DNA from: Blepharisma stoltei ATCC 30299
Lineage: Eukaryota; Protista; Ciliophora
Assembly: GCA_965603825.1 (NCBI GenBank)
Contig: CBFDEM010000062.1
Span: 372,001-436,000 of the forward strand
Direction of reading: 5' to 3'
DNA: 64,000 bases
In this document: one piece after another, positions 18,814 through 30,300 of the stretch
How the letters are laid out: each line of letters opens with the position of its first letter
How positions within the stretch are numbered: position 1 is the first letter of the stretch
The notes under the pieces: generated by a model
What the model was told of the DNA's origin: nothing
The model's input: the letters and a program-made list of their open reading frames with translations, nothing else
Database searches by the model: none
Made by a program: the position numbers and the translations under genes

Positions 18814-20052
18814 CTAATTGTATTTGGGCTTAAAAAATGAATTTCTTCCATACCATAGTCCTTTTGGTAGCAAGCTGAAATAAACTTTAGGCAAAATATC
18901 TTTGACAAGGTAGTATGCATAGGTGCTTGGAGTTGTTTGCCCTCCGAATGTTTCATCAAGCTCTCCTTGATACTTAAATTCGCAGAGCATAAGCTTATTG
19001 TTTCCTAAGAAAATGGGACAAGAGGTATATCCTTCGTATTTTGCATTTGGCTGAGCTTTATCCAACACCTTGCATATATTGTTTACAAGAACTGGCGCTT
19101 CAGCAATAGCAGCAGCCGCTGTTTTAGAAGTTGGACAACTTGCACAGTCCCCAATAGCCCAAATATTATCATACTTGTTATGTCTAAGGGTATTCGGATT
19201 AACGTCAACATATCCTGCTTCATTTGAAATTGGTGACCCATGCAGCACTTTAGGTGGAGACTGAGGTGGCGCTGTATGAAGAAAATCATACTTTACTGTT
19301 ATTTCTTCATCACCTTTCTTAAAAATTGCTTCATTTTTCTTATGATCCACTTTGGTTAATAAATGCTGAAAATGCAGATTGCAGCCTTTTCCTTTCGCAA
19401 TTTTTTCTAACTCTTTTGCATAAATAGGAACACTGAACATTGCAGGCGTTGGGATATAAAATTGAATATCAGTTTTAGCTCTTATGCCTGAGTTTGTCCA
19501 AGAAGAGTTTGATAAATACATTATCTTTTGTGGAGCTCCAGCACATTTAAAAGGCTGGTTAGGTTGGCTAAATATTGCTTGTCCTCCTTTAAAGGATTGA
19601 ATAAGGCGATTTGTTTTAAGGCAATATTTAAACTGGTAAATTGTTCCGACTGGCGAATTCTCATCTTCAAGAGCTTCGTAAAGCCCTGGAACTTTATCGT
19701 AATCTAAAGAAAGCCCTAAAGCAACGACAAGGTGGTCATAAGAAATTTCTTCATTTCCAATAGAAATTTTATTTGAGCTGGGTGAAAAACCTGTTACAGA
19801 TTTTGGGATGAAATTTATATCCGGGTGGAATAAAGATCGTGTATCCCTGGCTATGTAGTCCATATGAGATTTAATTTTCTCAGAATTTCCCCTTAGGCCA
19901 CCAGCTAGTATTGTGAAGCCAGGTTGATAATAATGCAAAGGAGATGGATCAATTACTGCAATTTCAGAAGGTTTTACTTTGCCGCTTCTAATTAGCTGAC
20001 CGCATAAAGTCATAGCACCTGTTCCAGCTCCTGCAATGATTACTCGATACAT
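18814..20052 (-). CDS. SQOR: Sulfide:quinone oxidoreductase
   Basis: GAGTGA FAD motif, HYYQPGFT, KCAGAPQK and YTSCP catalytic cysteines, AIGD, SKTAAA. Confidence 0.92.
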   Translation of the reverse strand: MYRVIIAGAGTGAMTLCGQLIRSGKVKPSEIAVIDPSPLHYYQPGFTILAGGLRGNSEKIKSHMDYIARDTRSLFHPDINFIPKSVTGFSPSSNKISIGNEEISYDHLVVALGLSLDYDKVPGLYEALEDENSPVGTIYQFKYCLKTNRLIQSFKGGQAIFSQPNQPFKCAGAPQKIMYLSNSSWTNSGIRAKTDIQFYIPTPAMFSVPIYAKELEKIAKGKGCNLHFQHLLTKVDHKKNEAIFKKGDEEITVKYDFLHTAPPQSPPKVLHGSPISNEAGYVDVNPNTLRHNKYDNIWAIGDCASCPTSKTAAAAIAEAPVLVNNICKVLDKAQPNAKYEGYTSCPIFLGNNKLMLCEFKYQGELDETFGGQTTPSTYAYYLVKDILPKVYFSLLPKGLWYGRNSFFKPKYN

Positions 20053-20713
20053 CTATTTAGATTATTAATATATGGATAAAAATGCTTTCCCTAATACATC
20101 CACATAAAATGCAAATCACCAAAAAGTGTTATAAATAACACAATAATAAATTTTTTACAATAAATTAACAATTTATAGATATTTGCTTGTTCTTTAAATT
20201 ATTTTTGTTTTTTATAATACACTGAAACTAAATTTCCTGAAATTTATGCTTTCACGTTGTTCTTGCAATAATAATAAAGCTTATATAGTATTAATTATGG
20301 TATTGGTTCAAGTGTTTTTGTTTCAAAATAATTAAATATTTCAAGCATCATTAGAGCTATAAAGGGATGTTAGTTATGAAGAATATGATTAATCGACATA
20401 TATTTATCCATTTTTTGACCAGATTGAAATGAATTTTCAAGATAGCTTAAATATACTAATAAATATTGGTATATAAAAAATTTAGAGAGCATCGCTATCC
20501 ATTGTGTTTGCAACATTCATTATTTTAGGTAGACTATTGCAATTATTAAAATCTCTAGAAATGTTTAGTTAATTATAAGGAATAGAAACAATCAAGGTTT
20601 GTTTTTCATTCATACCTATCTCAGAGATTTAAATTTATTTGCATATGTACTAAACTTATTTTCAAAAATCTGTAATTTACTTTAAGGGGTTAGTATATTT
20701 AATAAGATAGAAA

Positions 20714-21448
20714 ATGTCTGGGGTTAAATATATAGTTGCATGTGGGTTAGTCCTAGCTAGTTCACAATTCTACCACTCTTATCGGCAAGCAAAAGAATCT
20801 GAATTAAAAGAGCTCTATCGAGAAACTCTAGACAAAGCCAATCTTTTAAAGCAAATTCACAATAAAATAGCTCCAAAATGGGACTATGAGCAAAATTCTT
20901 ACGAATGGGCAAAAAGAATTGATAAATATAGGAAGATTCTCTGCAGCTATGCTGAGGGGAAAGTCCTTGAAGTTGGCGTAGGAACTGGGTCAAATTTTGA
21001 ATATTATCCAAGAGGTGTAAGAGTAATTGGGGTTGATTGAAGCCCTGACATGCTGAAAGAGTGCAATTCAAAACCAAAAGGAAAATTAAAGAACGTCACT
21101 TTAGCTGAAATGGATGCAAAAAGTTTATCATTCTCTGATGAACTATTCGACACAGTTGTCGCTACTTTTGTATTAAGTAGCACTGATAACCCAAGTGCTG
21201 TCATAAAAGAAATGATCAGAGTTTGCAAGCCAAATGGAACAATCTTGATTCTTGACAGAGGAAAAGGAGAAGGAGTTCTAACTAATATTCATCTATCATT
21301 GTATAGATACAAAAACCTATTCAAGTTTGGCTATGATCAATGTACAAATATTAAAAAGATCATTGATGCTGCACCTGTTAAAATTGAAATTGAGGAGCGG
21401 AAGCAAGGCGGACACATTTATTTTTATTTGCTGAAAAAAATCACATAG
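20714..21448 (+). CDS. SAM-dependent methyltransferase (OMS1/METTL7-like)
   Basis: VLEVGVGTG, GVD[TGA 21038=W]SPDML, FDTVVATFVL, RVCKPNG; N-terminal hydrophobic segment. Confidence 0.85.
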
Positions 21449-21855
21449 GCTTACAATTTATTTTTAAGATTAAATTAAGCATTTTTATTCCTTTTAAATA
21501 AAGGGACTACTGAAAATGCTGAATGTCTTTCAGTTAAAAAATATATTGAAATATTAAAGGAAATGCTTTATTTTGTTAGTCATATCAATCCCAAGAAATT
21601 TGCTAACTGAAATGTTTAAAAATATAAATTTCTAGCTCAAAGAAATTATTGATATTTCACTCCATCAAAAATACCAAAAAAAAGTTTAATCGACGTCATC
21701 AAATAATTAAATTTGTTATAATCTATATCCTTTTTCTTAAACTTCGACAGCATTTAAAAATCTCTTGGAAGATAATACTAAACTATTTATATCCTTTTAA
21801 AAATTTATTTCGCAGGTGAATTATATAGTAATAATATTCGGTTTTCATAGCCAAG

Positions 21856-23004
21856 ATGGATTTAAACGTCGTCCCTTACCTTTGTCAGGAAAATCGTATT
21901 TTCCTCTTCGGGCCTCTGGAATATAAAATGAATGAGCATGAACTTGGAGTCCACATCGCAGCTGCTCGTGCAATTACTGAGTGATATGGAATAAAAACTT
22001 ATACCCAAGATGAATGGGATACTGTTAATGGATCCCATCACGAGCAAACCAAGTCAGTAATGGTTCATGTTACTTATTTTTCCCACTTAGAAGATCATTC
22101 ACGCATTTATGTCCCGATCCGAGAAGTTCCTCAAGGGATTACGATACCTGGAGAAAATAATCATTTCGTTAGGCATGAGAGGATCATGAGAGTAAACTGA
22201 AGTAGGTCTCTCGAGTTTAATTACTTAGGAAAAGCTTTGAGGAATGAAACAATATCATATCCTCTGCCAGTTGTAATGCAGCACCCTGATTATGCAACTT
22301 TACATTTTGCCGACTACTCGCCAATGGCAAAATTTGTTGAGGCTTGGTCTTCGAGCATGTTTGCGAGGCCATTTGAAAAATGGCAGCATTATTGTGCAAG
22401 TCTTAACCAGCTTCCTTCTGAGCAAGCGCTTCAATCGTTAAAAGGAATAATCATTTCAGGAGGCAGATTCTCGGCCTATGATACTCATGACTGAATGGAT
22501 AACCTAAAAGCATTTTTGCGAAAAGTTGATAGAGAATATCCTCATATCAAACTAATCGGAATATGTTTAGGTTCCCAGGTAATTGCAGAAACTTTTGGCG
22601 GAAAAGTTGAAAAAATCCCAAATAAAAATATTTTTAAATGTGAAACCGTCAGAACTACTCCTGAATTCAGAAGCAAATTTTTCGATACAAGGGAGCAATA
22701 CAGGCTAATTGAAATACATGGGGATAATATCGTAAAAATCCCAGAAAGATGCGAAAGATGGGGATTTTCGGAAAGCAGCCCTAATGAAATATATGGCATC
22801 CAAAATAAATGGTTGGGAATCCAAGGACACCCAAACTTTATTGGCAGAATGTATGAAGTCGTATATATAGGCCAACAAGTCCGCCAAGGGATGATTACTA
22901 AAGAGACAGCTGATGCTATGATTGCTGATTATAATGCGCATCGCTCTCACACTTACGAATTGTTAGAGTTTATCAATCAATTCTTGAGAGTACAATTAAT
23001 TTAG
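21856..23004 (+). CDS. Class I glutamine amidotransferase-like protein with unknown N-terminal extension
   Basis: ATG 21856 is open through three TGA=Trp codons; GIIISGG.FSAYD, GICLGSQ nucleophile Cys, HGD, QGHPNF. Confidence 0.8.
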
Positions 23005-23019
23005 TTGATTTAATAAAAT

Positions 23020-23514
23020 ATGGATTTAGAAAAAGAAAAATTATCCTCATGTTGATCAATCAAATCGCTAGGTAATAGGCAGTTCTCGCAAAGAAATAGC
23101 AGGCATATTCTAAAATCTCCGAAACTAAAGAGGCCAAACTCATGCTTGAGGGGAGGCAAAGAAAAGCTTAATTGTTTAAATACAAAAGAAAAGCCATTCA
23201 TTGGCATCGGGTTCGAAAATTTTGTATCATCTATTATATTAGAAAGTGCAAAAAACGAGAAGACACGCAAAAGGAGACACCACTCTTATAGAGAATGCTC
23301 GTTTATTGTCAATCAAAAAAATGATGATGAAGTTCCGTTGAGATCTTTGAGAAAAGATCGCTATATAATAAAGCTGCAAAAAGAAAAATCCAATGAAGCT
23401 CAGGGAAAAGCTTTTACGAAATCACTCCTATCTATAAAAATCAGGTCTCATAGAATTTTAGATGAAGCAAACTCTTTCTTTAAGAAAGACTCAAATTTCC
23501 CAAAACTGATATAA
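23020..23514 (+). CDS. Hypothetical basic protein
   Basis: ATG 23020 is in frame with the 23146 ORF via one TGA=Trp; no family recognised. Confidence 0.55.
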
Positions 23515-23886
23515 GATCCAAATTAAGAGTAATTAAAATTTAAAGATAGAAGGAAAAGGGTAAGTTATATTCATTATGACTGTTGGATAATAGTAGCCAA
23601 AAATAGGAGAAAGTGAAGATTTTCCTTGGAAAAAAAGCTAATTTATGAGGATCAATTTCATTTGGGTTAGTATCTAAATTTTCATAATACTAAGCCAAAG
23701 TTTAATCAAATTTTGGATAAATTGCCGATTTTAGATATAGTTTATCAGTAAAAATTTTATCGAAAACGCTAATTATAGCATGCTAGATGAATTTATTATG
23801 CCTAAAGTCTTCATAAGAATTTTAAGGTTTATTTGGCAATTTCAAACTAAATTATTACTTTTTTCATAAAAATAATTTCTTGATTA

Positions 23887-25164
23887 TTAAAAATCTTCGT
23901 CTTCCTCTATTAGTTCAATTTCCACTTCTTCATTATACTCCTCCGAAACTTTCTTTTCCTGCGGGAATTGCATTGCTCTAACTGCATCATTTCTTAGATC
24001 CATGCAAAAAGAAATCCTTTTCTGGAAGGCGTGCTGAGGTTCATTTGTTCTGTAGACATCTTCTAGTACTTTTGATTTCAAAACTGCATGTTCATGGTCA
24101 ACTGCTGCTTCAATGACTCCATCTCTAATTGCTTTTGCAACAATAAATTCAGTGTCGGCTAAAGGCAGGCCTAGTTTATGAGCGATGTCTTTTAGTGAGA
24201 TCACGGAGTAAGCAATGTTAATCTTCTTCAGTCCAGCTTTAATCACAATATGTCTGAGTCTTGCTACGAGTGAAAGGTTCATATCTTCATTAAACGAGTT
24301 TTGGTAGCTTGTGATAACTTGGTTATACCTTTCTAGTTCTCCAGATCTAACCGCTCTAACTAAGTCAACGTATGCTCCAAGTCCTTTGTATCCTACCAAT
24401 GTTTTTCTGACAGGGATTTCTCCCATCAGTAGCTGAACAACAACTTTTAGCTTTTCTACTGCAAGCTTAAACCCTGCCCCGCTGTTTTCAGGAGCTTTTC
24501 TTTGAGCCTGAATTATTCGATTTAAAGCCTCGGCGTAGTTCAGTCTTAAGGCATTTATTCTTCCTAAATAGTATTGATTTCTTGCAATTTCAGCATATGG
24601 GGCATTATCGGGAAATCCTGTTCTGTCAGCGAAGTCTTGCGCCTGTTGGACCTTATTTTTCAATAAAAAGAAGCGCAGAATCACATTAATCAGCGTAGCC
24701 TGAATAAAATTATCATGCCTTAAGCAAGCTTGTCTATACCAATCCAGAAATGGTTTTTCATCAAAATCTTGCTTTATTTCACATGATAGAGCTAAATAAT
24801 AGAAAAGCTTTGCGACAAATGGCTGCGCAGTGTGAGTTTGGTGCTTTTCGATCTGCTCTAAAGCAATCTGCTTGCTATCATTAACAAGATTTTGTTTTAC
24901 TAAGACCATGCAAAACAGAATATTGAGAAAAGCTTCTGCTTCAGGCGATGAAAAAGGTAGTTGAGATGAGGAAGTAGATTGCCCCCATGCCGGATCCCTG
25001 CCATAAAAAGCTTTGCAAGCATTAGCAATAGATTCAATAGATGCTGATCGGCGTAACGAAGGCAGTAGTCTTAACAGCAAAGCACAGGCTTTTATATCTT
25101 TAGTTTGACTTGCTTTTTCCACTTGGCCCAGTGCTTTTACAAGATTGTCCCAGAACTCTTCCAT
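23887..25164 (-). CDS. RPN3: 26S proteasome regulatory subunit RPN3/PSMD3
   Basis: YYLGRI.A..L.Y, AQRKAP, VQLLMGEIP, PCI domain, EFIVAKAIRDGVIEA, TNEPQ.AF..RI.FC. Confidence 0.95.
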   Translation of the reverse strand: MEEFWDNLVKALGQVEKASQTKDIKACALLLRLLPSLRRSASIESIANACKAFYGRDPAWGQSTSSSQLPFSSPEAEAFLNILFCMVLVKQNLVNDSKQIALEQIEKHQTHTAQPFVAKLFYYLALSCEIKQDFDEKPFLDWYRQACLRHDNFIQATLINVILRFFLLKNKVQQAQDFADRTGFPDNAPYAEIARNQYYLGRINALRLNYAEALNRIIQAQRKAPENSGAGFKLAVEKLKVVVQLLMGEIPVRKTLVGYKGLGAYVDLVRAVRSGELERYNQVITSYQNSFNEDMNLSLVARLRHIVIKAGLKKINIAYSVISLKDIAHKLGLPLADTEFIVAKAIRDGVIEAAVDHEHAVLKSKVLEDVYRTNEPQHAFQKRISFCMDLRNDAVRAMQFPQEKKVSEEYNEEVEIELIEEDEDF

Positions 25165-25256
25165 TTACAATTTATTGAAATCGGTTTAAGCAAATAGAAA
25201 GGAGATAATTTAATATTCTATTAATTGAACCATTTCCATGACTCTTTTCCCTTCTC

Positions 25257-25937
25257 TTAAATTATATTTTCATCCTCATCCATACTGCTGTTTTCGCTGC
25301 TTGTAAAATTTTCAATGTCTTCTTCTTCACTGATAGATGCTCCTTCTTCTATGAAATCTTCATTGAGTTCTTGGCTTGCTTTTTTCTGGTCTTCCTTTTC
25401 CTTTGCTCTGATTTTCATTTCAATTTGCTGCTCGAGATGCTTCTTTTTCAATTCGTGATTTGCAAAGCTGTGGATCACCTGCATAGTTTTGGCAGGATTC
25501 AAGGTGCTTTCGAGTTTTCTGATGTGAGACTGATGTTTGATGGAGCATGGCTTGAACATGAGCTTATTTGAAGCTTCTTGTTGTTCGACGTACATGTCTT
25601 TGATTCTTAAGTAGCTATAAGTGTGTGGATTCTCAGTTTGAGTTACTTCAAATGCATCACTTCCTATAAACATGGTATAGCTGCCATCTTCCCATTTAAC
25701 AAGTTTTGCGTTGCTTTGCATTTGGCCATTCTCGTCTTGTCTTCATCTGATGTAGCTGCCAAGGTAACACCCTTTAACTTGCTTTTTGCCTTGCTCATCT
25801 GTGTACATGATCGGATTTTCAAGAGTGTAAGTGCTTGGGTCAAACTTTTTCGGTTGAACTGACATAACATTCCCGAGCTTTGCAAGAAAAACAGGTTTGT
25901 TCTTTTTCTCACATACAGATTTAGGGATTGTTTCCAT
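25257..25937 (-). CDS. LEO1: PAF1 complex subunit LEO1-like (compact)
   Basis: VQPKKFDPSTY, YIR[TGA 25743-45=W]R, SNAKLVKWEDGSYTMFIG. Confidence 0.85.
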
Positions 25938-26307
25938 GGATGATATTTATTACAATCTAAACTAAAAATGAATTTTGCTTATCTATGGATCTATTTACAC
26001 TTTAAAATAATTAGATAGCATAAATTTGAATATATCTGAATATTAGATATTTAGTACAATCGATATTGTTTAATAAATATTTTTGAGTTTATAGAGAAAT
26101 GTTATTATTTTGAGTATAGTAAACTGATTAATTTCTATAAAGTTATAATTACGATAACTATGGCTGAAAAATTGAAGTGAGAGTATTTAGATCCAAACTA
26201 ATCGATCTTTAATTTTTGCCTTAGCAGTTTTATAATTTACCGAAAAAACTGATAAAAAAATTATTCATCTATTTTGCATTCTATTGGAGACTCCACATAT
26301 ATATTAA

Positions 26308-27255
26308 ATGGGATGCATTGCTAGCACAAATTCAAATTGTGACTTGACAGTACTTTATAATGGCAAGCTATTCAATGTTAGCACGGGCTACAGCTATAAA
26401 CAAATATTAGAGTTCATTTCCCAAAAAATTGGGAACAGCTCAACAGTTCTTTCGTTGAGCGATGGCGGAAATGCTTTCAGAATCCCAGATGAAGAGGCAT
26501 GGAAGAATTTGACTTTCATTAAAAAAACTCAGTTAATACTGATGGTTAACCCTGAAAAAATCACTGACATTTTCAGAATTAATCCTATAGAAAACAAGGT
26601 AGTCGATAAAGATTATAAAGTAGTAGGGCTTAAACTTAATACGTTTTTAGAGAAAATTTCCAGTTTTGACTTACATTTAAAGGAATTTATCCGATGTCTT
26701 TCTTATCTATACATACGATCTTGCTCTCTGCCGACAGCTATGAACATTTTCCTAGTCGTAGTGAATCCTTACATCACAGAAATACAAAATTTTCCACCAT
26801 TTGTAATTTTAAATGATACTGCAAAGGCTAAGTTGCCGGAACAGGTAATTCCTGTGCTTAAAAATTGGGATTCATTGATGGAAAGTCTAAATGTAGTAGA
26901 AGAAGATATTAATATTCTACTCTATAACCTCAATTTCTTGTTGTCTCAAAGATTAAATAAGAAAATTCATCTTACATCAGGAAGCAGATTGAACCTATCA
27001 GGTCTCAAAATTGCGGAAAATAACATTAAGGTCCATAAAGCACTAGATATAGTCAAAGCTTTGCAGATAAAAGCTAATGATTTTAAAGAAACTGTTAAGC
27101 ATTCTTTAAATGCTTATAGTGATGGAAGGAACGCAACTATGAAAAGAGTTTGCTTAATGTGTAAGAAGGCAAAAGCTATTGGGCCTCAAGAGATATCCTG
27201 GATGTTCGGGATCGGAGACTATGCAGGAATTCCTTCGGATATAAGATTTTATTAA
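26308..27255 (+). CDS. Hypothetical protein, possible N-myristoylation/palmitoylation (MGCIAS)
   Basis: 315-aa open frame; no family recognised. Confidence 0.7.
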   Translation: MGCIASTNSNCDLTVLYNGKLFNVSTGYSYKQILEFISQKIGNSSTVLSLSDGGNAFRIPDEEAWKNLTFIKKTQLILMVNPEKITDIFRINPIENKVVDKDYKVVGLKLNTFLEKISSFDLHLKEFIRCLSYLYIRSCSLPTAMNIFLVVVNPYITEIQNFPPFVILNDTAKAKLPEQVIPVLKNWDSLMESLNVVEEDINILLYNLNFLLSQRLNKKIHLTSGSRLNLSGLKIAENNIKVHKALDIVKALQIKANDFKETVKHSLNAYSDGRNATMKRVCLMCKKAKAIGPQEISWMFGIGDYAGIPSDIRFY

Positions 27256-27334
27256 GTAAGTATTGTCTTGTATGCGTATAATTAAACTGTTATTAAAAAG
27301 TCCTTGCTTATGAAATTTAGAGATAAATTATTAC

Positions 27335-30300
27335 ATGATCAAGAGGGTTACAATCTTGCTTTTTCTGGTTTCTATTGCATCTGGTGTTGCCATCACAACA
27401 TTTTCTATATACACATCAACAAAAACCATAAGACAAGTCGCCGACTACACCTTTGCAATTCGAATTATTACAAATATTCCAAGTGGAGGCTCTATTAAAG
27501 TGATTTTTCCAACAATTTTTACTCAGCTGCCCTCCGGATCAAACCAATGCTCTATTTCAGGTGTCTCATCCCCATCATCAGTAGCATGCTCTTTTTCAGG
27601 CCAATACGTGCTGATTACAAATTGTTTTCCTAGTAGTAGTAATAGTGGAAATACAATAAGTTTTACTATAAATCAAATTACAAACCCGTTATCTGCGGTC
27701 ACATCAAGCTCATTCATCATTTATACGTTGTCAGCATCTAATAATATTCTTGATGACATGAGCTCAGGGATGACTGCGACTTATGATTACATTTCACTCA
27801 AAAGTGCATCACTTATCCCTGGATCACAAATAGCTGGGGCTAAGTCGACCTGAACTATTAATTTAGAAACCAATTACCAAACGACTCAAGAAATTGATGT
27901 AAAATTTCCTTATTGAAACCAAAATTTGAATGCTCCACAAGCTAGCTTGACTCAGTTTTGCAACGGGGCTGTCACTTGTACAGCAGTTACCAGTATAGAA
28001 TTATTTAGATTTTTCGCTTTCTTCAACGTGCATATGCTCGAATGGAATTTTATCAATTAAAGGCAGCTCAGCCGCAGCTGGAAAGATACAGATCCTTGCA
28101 AGTGGGATTTTAAATCCGCCAACTACAGATACAATGTCAGGATTTTCAGTATACACTTCATTAAACAGTGGAGTTGTTGAATACTATTCAGGCATTACTG
28201 TAGGAGTTAATCTGCCAAACACTTTGACTGTTTCTTCTTTGTCGCTGCAGCAGACACAAATAAATCAGATGACAACAATGTCTTTTAGCATTCAATGCTC
28301 AAATCCTGTGCCTTCAGGCAGTATTTTAATAGTGTCTCTTCCTTCAGATTTTTCTATCACAGACGACTTTTCAGTTGATGGTGTCTATGGGATTGCTTAT
28401 AGCTTAAGCTCAAGCGTGTCAAATAATATCATCACGATAACCAATGGCTTTTCAAGCTATTTAACTGCCTTATCAGCTATTCAGTTTGAAATTTCTAATA
28501 TAAAGAATCCTTCCTCAATGAAAGCTACTGGAGCAATTAATGTTCTCCTTAAGACAAACACTTATGGACTGATTTGTGAAACTTCAACAAGCTATACTCT
28601 ACAATCAACTTCAGGAAATATTAAAAACGTTATTATTACTCCGCTATCTTATACAATTAATGCAAATACGACTTATTCATTCGCCTTCGAGCCTTCAGAT
28701 CCAATCCCTCAAAGCGGTGCAATTATGGTAACCGCTCCATCACAAATTTCATTTACGAATTCTGCAATTAGTACATGCTACAATATAATATCTGGGCTTA
28801 GTCCTAATGCTCAATGTGAAGTTAAGAGCTCAAAATATTTATTTATAACTAATGCTTTTTCAAGTGATTATAGTAGCGGAGTTCTTAGCTTCCAACTGAA
28901 TAATGCAGTGAATCCTGGAACAATACAAGTAAGTGATCCTTTTATAGTAGAAACGTATACCAGTAGTGAGTTTCTGTATCTTATTGATTATGATGCTTCT
29001 GCAACTATAACAGCGACATCTGATTCTTTAAAAGGAGTAACAATTGCGCCATCTTCGTTTACAACTGGAGATATTACGACATATACATTTAGTATTAATA
29101 CCAGAAATACTATCCCTCAAGGAGGAGGCTTAAAAATTGTCTTCCCGGAAGAAATTTCAATTCAAGATACGACAGTTAAATGCCAAAATGCTGTAGGAAT
29201 TGACTCGTCATTTACTTGCACAAATACTTACAACTCAATTACTATATCTAATGGATTTTTATCTTCTTCATTTCAGCCTGGACTTATTAGTTTTACAATA
29301 GGCTCTATAAAAAATCCTGGCTCTCTTAAGGCATCAAAGTCATTTCAAGTGTTTACATCATATTCAGGCTTAACTATTGACTCAATGACACAGGGAATAA
29401 CTATTCAGATGCAAACTCCTCATACTCTTCAAGCCTCAATCAGCTCTGCAAGCTATACAGTTGGGGAGACCACAAGCTACACGCTGAAAATAACACCGTA
29501 TAATGCTTTACCTGCAAACTCTGGGCTTCAAATTGTCCCTCCATCAGATTTGGTAATTCTGCCATCAGTGCAATGCGAAGCAAGCGGGATTACAGCTTTT
29601 ACTGTCAGCTGTGCACTTGAGGGAAGCTCATTGATTGCTGAATTGACTTTTTCAGCACAAGTAACTTCTCAGTTTTCCTTGCAGATTTCTCAAATAATTA
29701 ATCCAAGCTCAACCAAGCCTACTCAGTCTTTTGGAATAACTACAACTTCAGAAGGCTATTCAGTTGATTCACTGCAATCAGGGCTGAGTATTCAAATGAT
29801 AACCCCTGGAAAGCTGAATTCTGCATCTGTTTTTACCCAGGACACAGGCATTTCAGTTACCACTGATTACACCTTTACTCTAGAGCTCAACCATCAGGTT
29901 CCAACAGGTGGATATGTTGAAATTCAAATCCCAAGCCAAATTACTATGACTTCTAACATAAAATGCAAAGAAATTGACTATGTTCAATGCGAAATGGCTG
30001 GGAATAACATTCTTCAAATATTTCTTTTTGGCCAGTCGATTAGTAGCAATTTGAATTTTTCTGTTGAAAATCTGAAAAACTATCAATTCACAACGGCATC
30101 AAGTCCATTTGTGCTAACTACAAAGACATCAGATGGATATTCAATCGATACGATTAATGGCAATGTCATAGTTTTTACTTGCAATTCTCCATGCCAAGAA
30201 TGTGATACTCTTCCAGATAGCTGTGTCTCCTGCTCTCCATCGTCATCCACTCCATACTACTGAAGCAACAGCTGCCATTCTTCATGCCAGCCTGGATGGG

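Noticed and set aside
20053-20713. Long AT-rich gaps (also 48889-49490 and 58854-59342) as IESs, transposon remnants or hidden genes
   Set aside because: I saw no terminal inverted repeats, transposase fragments, telomeric repeats or convincing ORFs, even with code 4. IES status cannot be judged without micronuclear reads.
22214-22228. gtttaattacttag as an intron in the GATase gene
   Set aside because: It is only 14 nt, does not start with GTA, and removing it would break an otherwise open frame.
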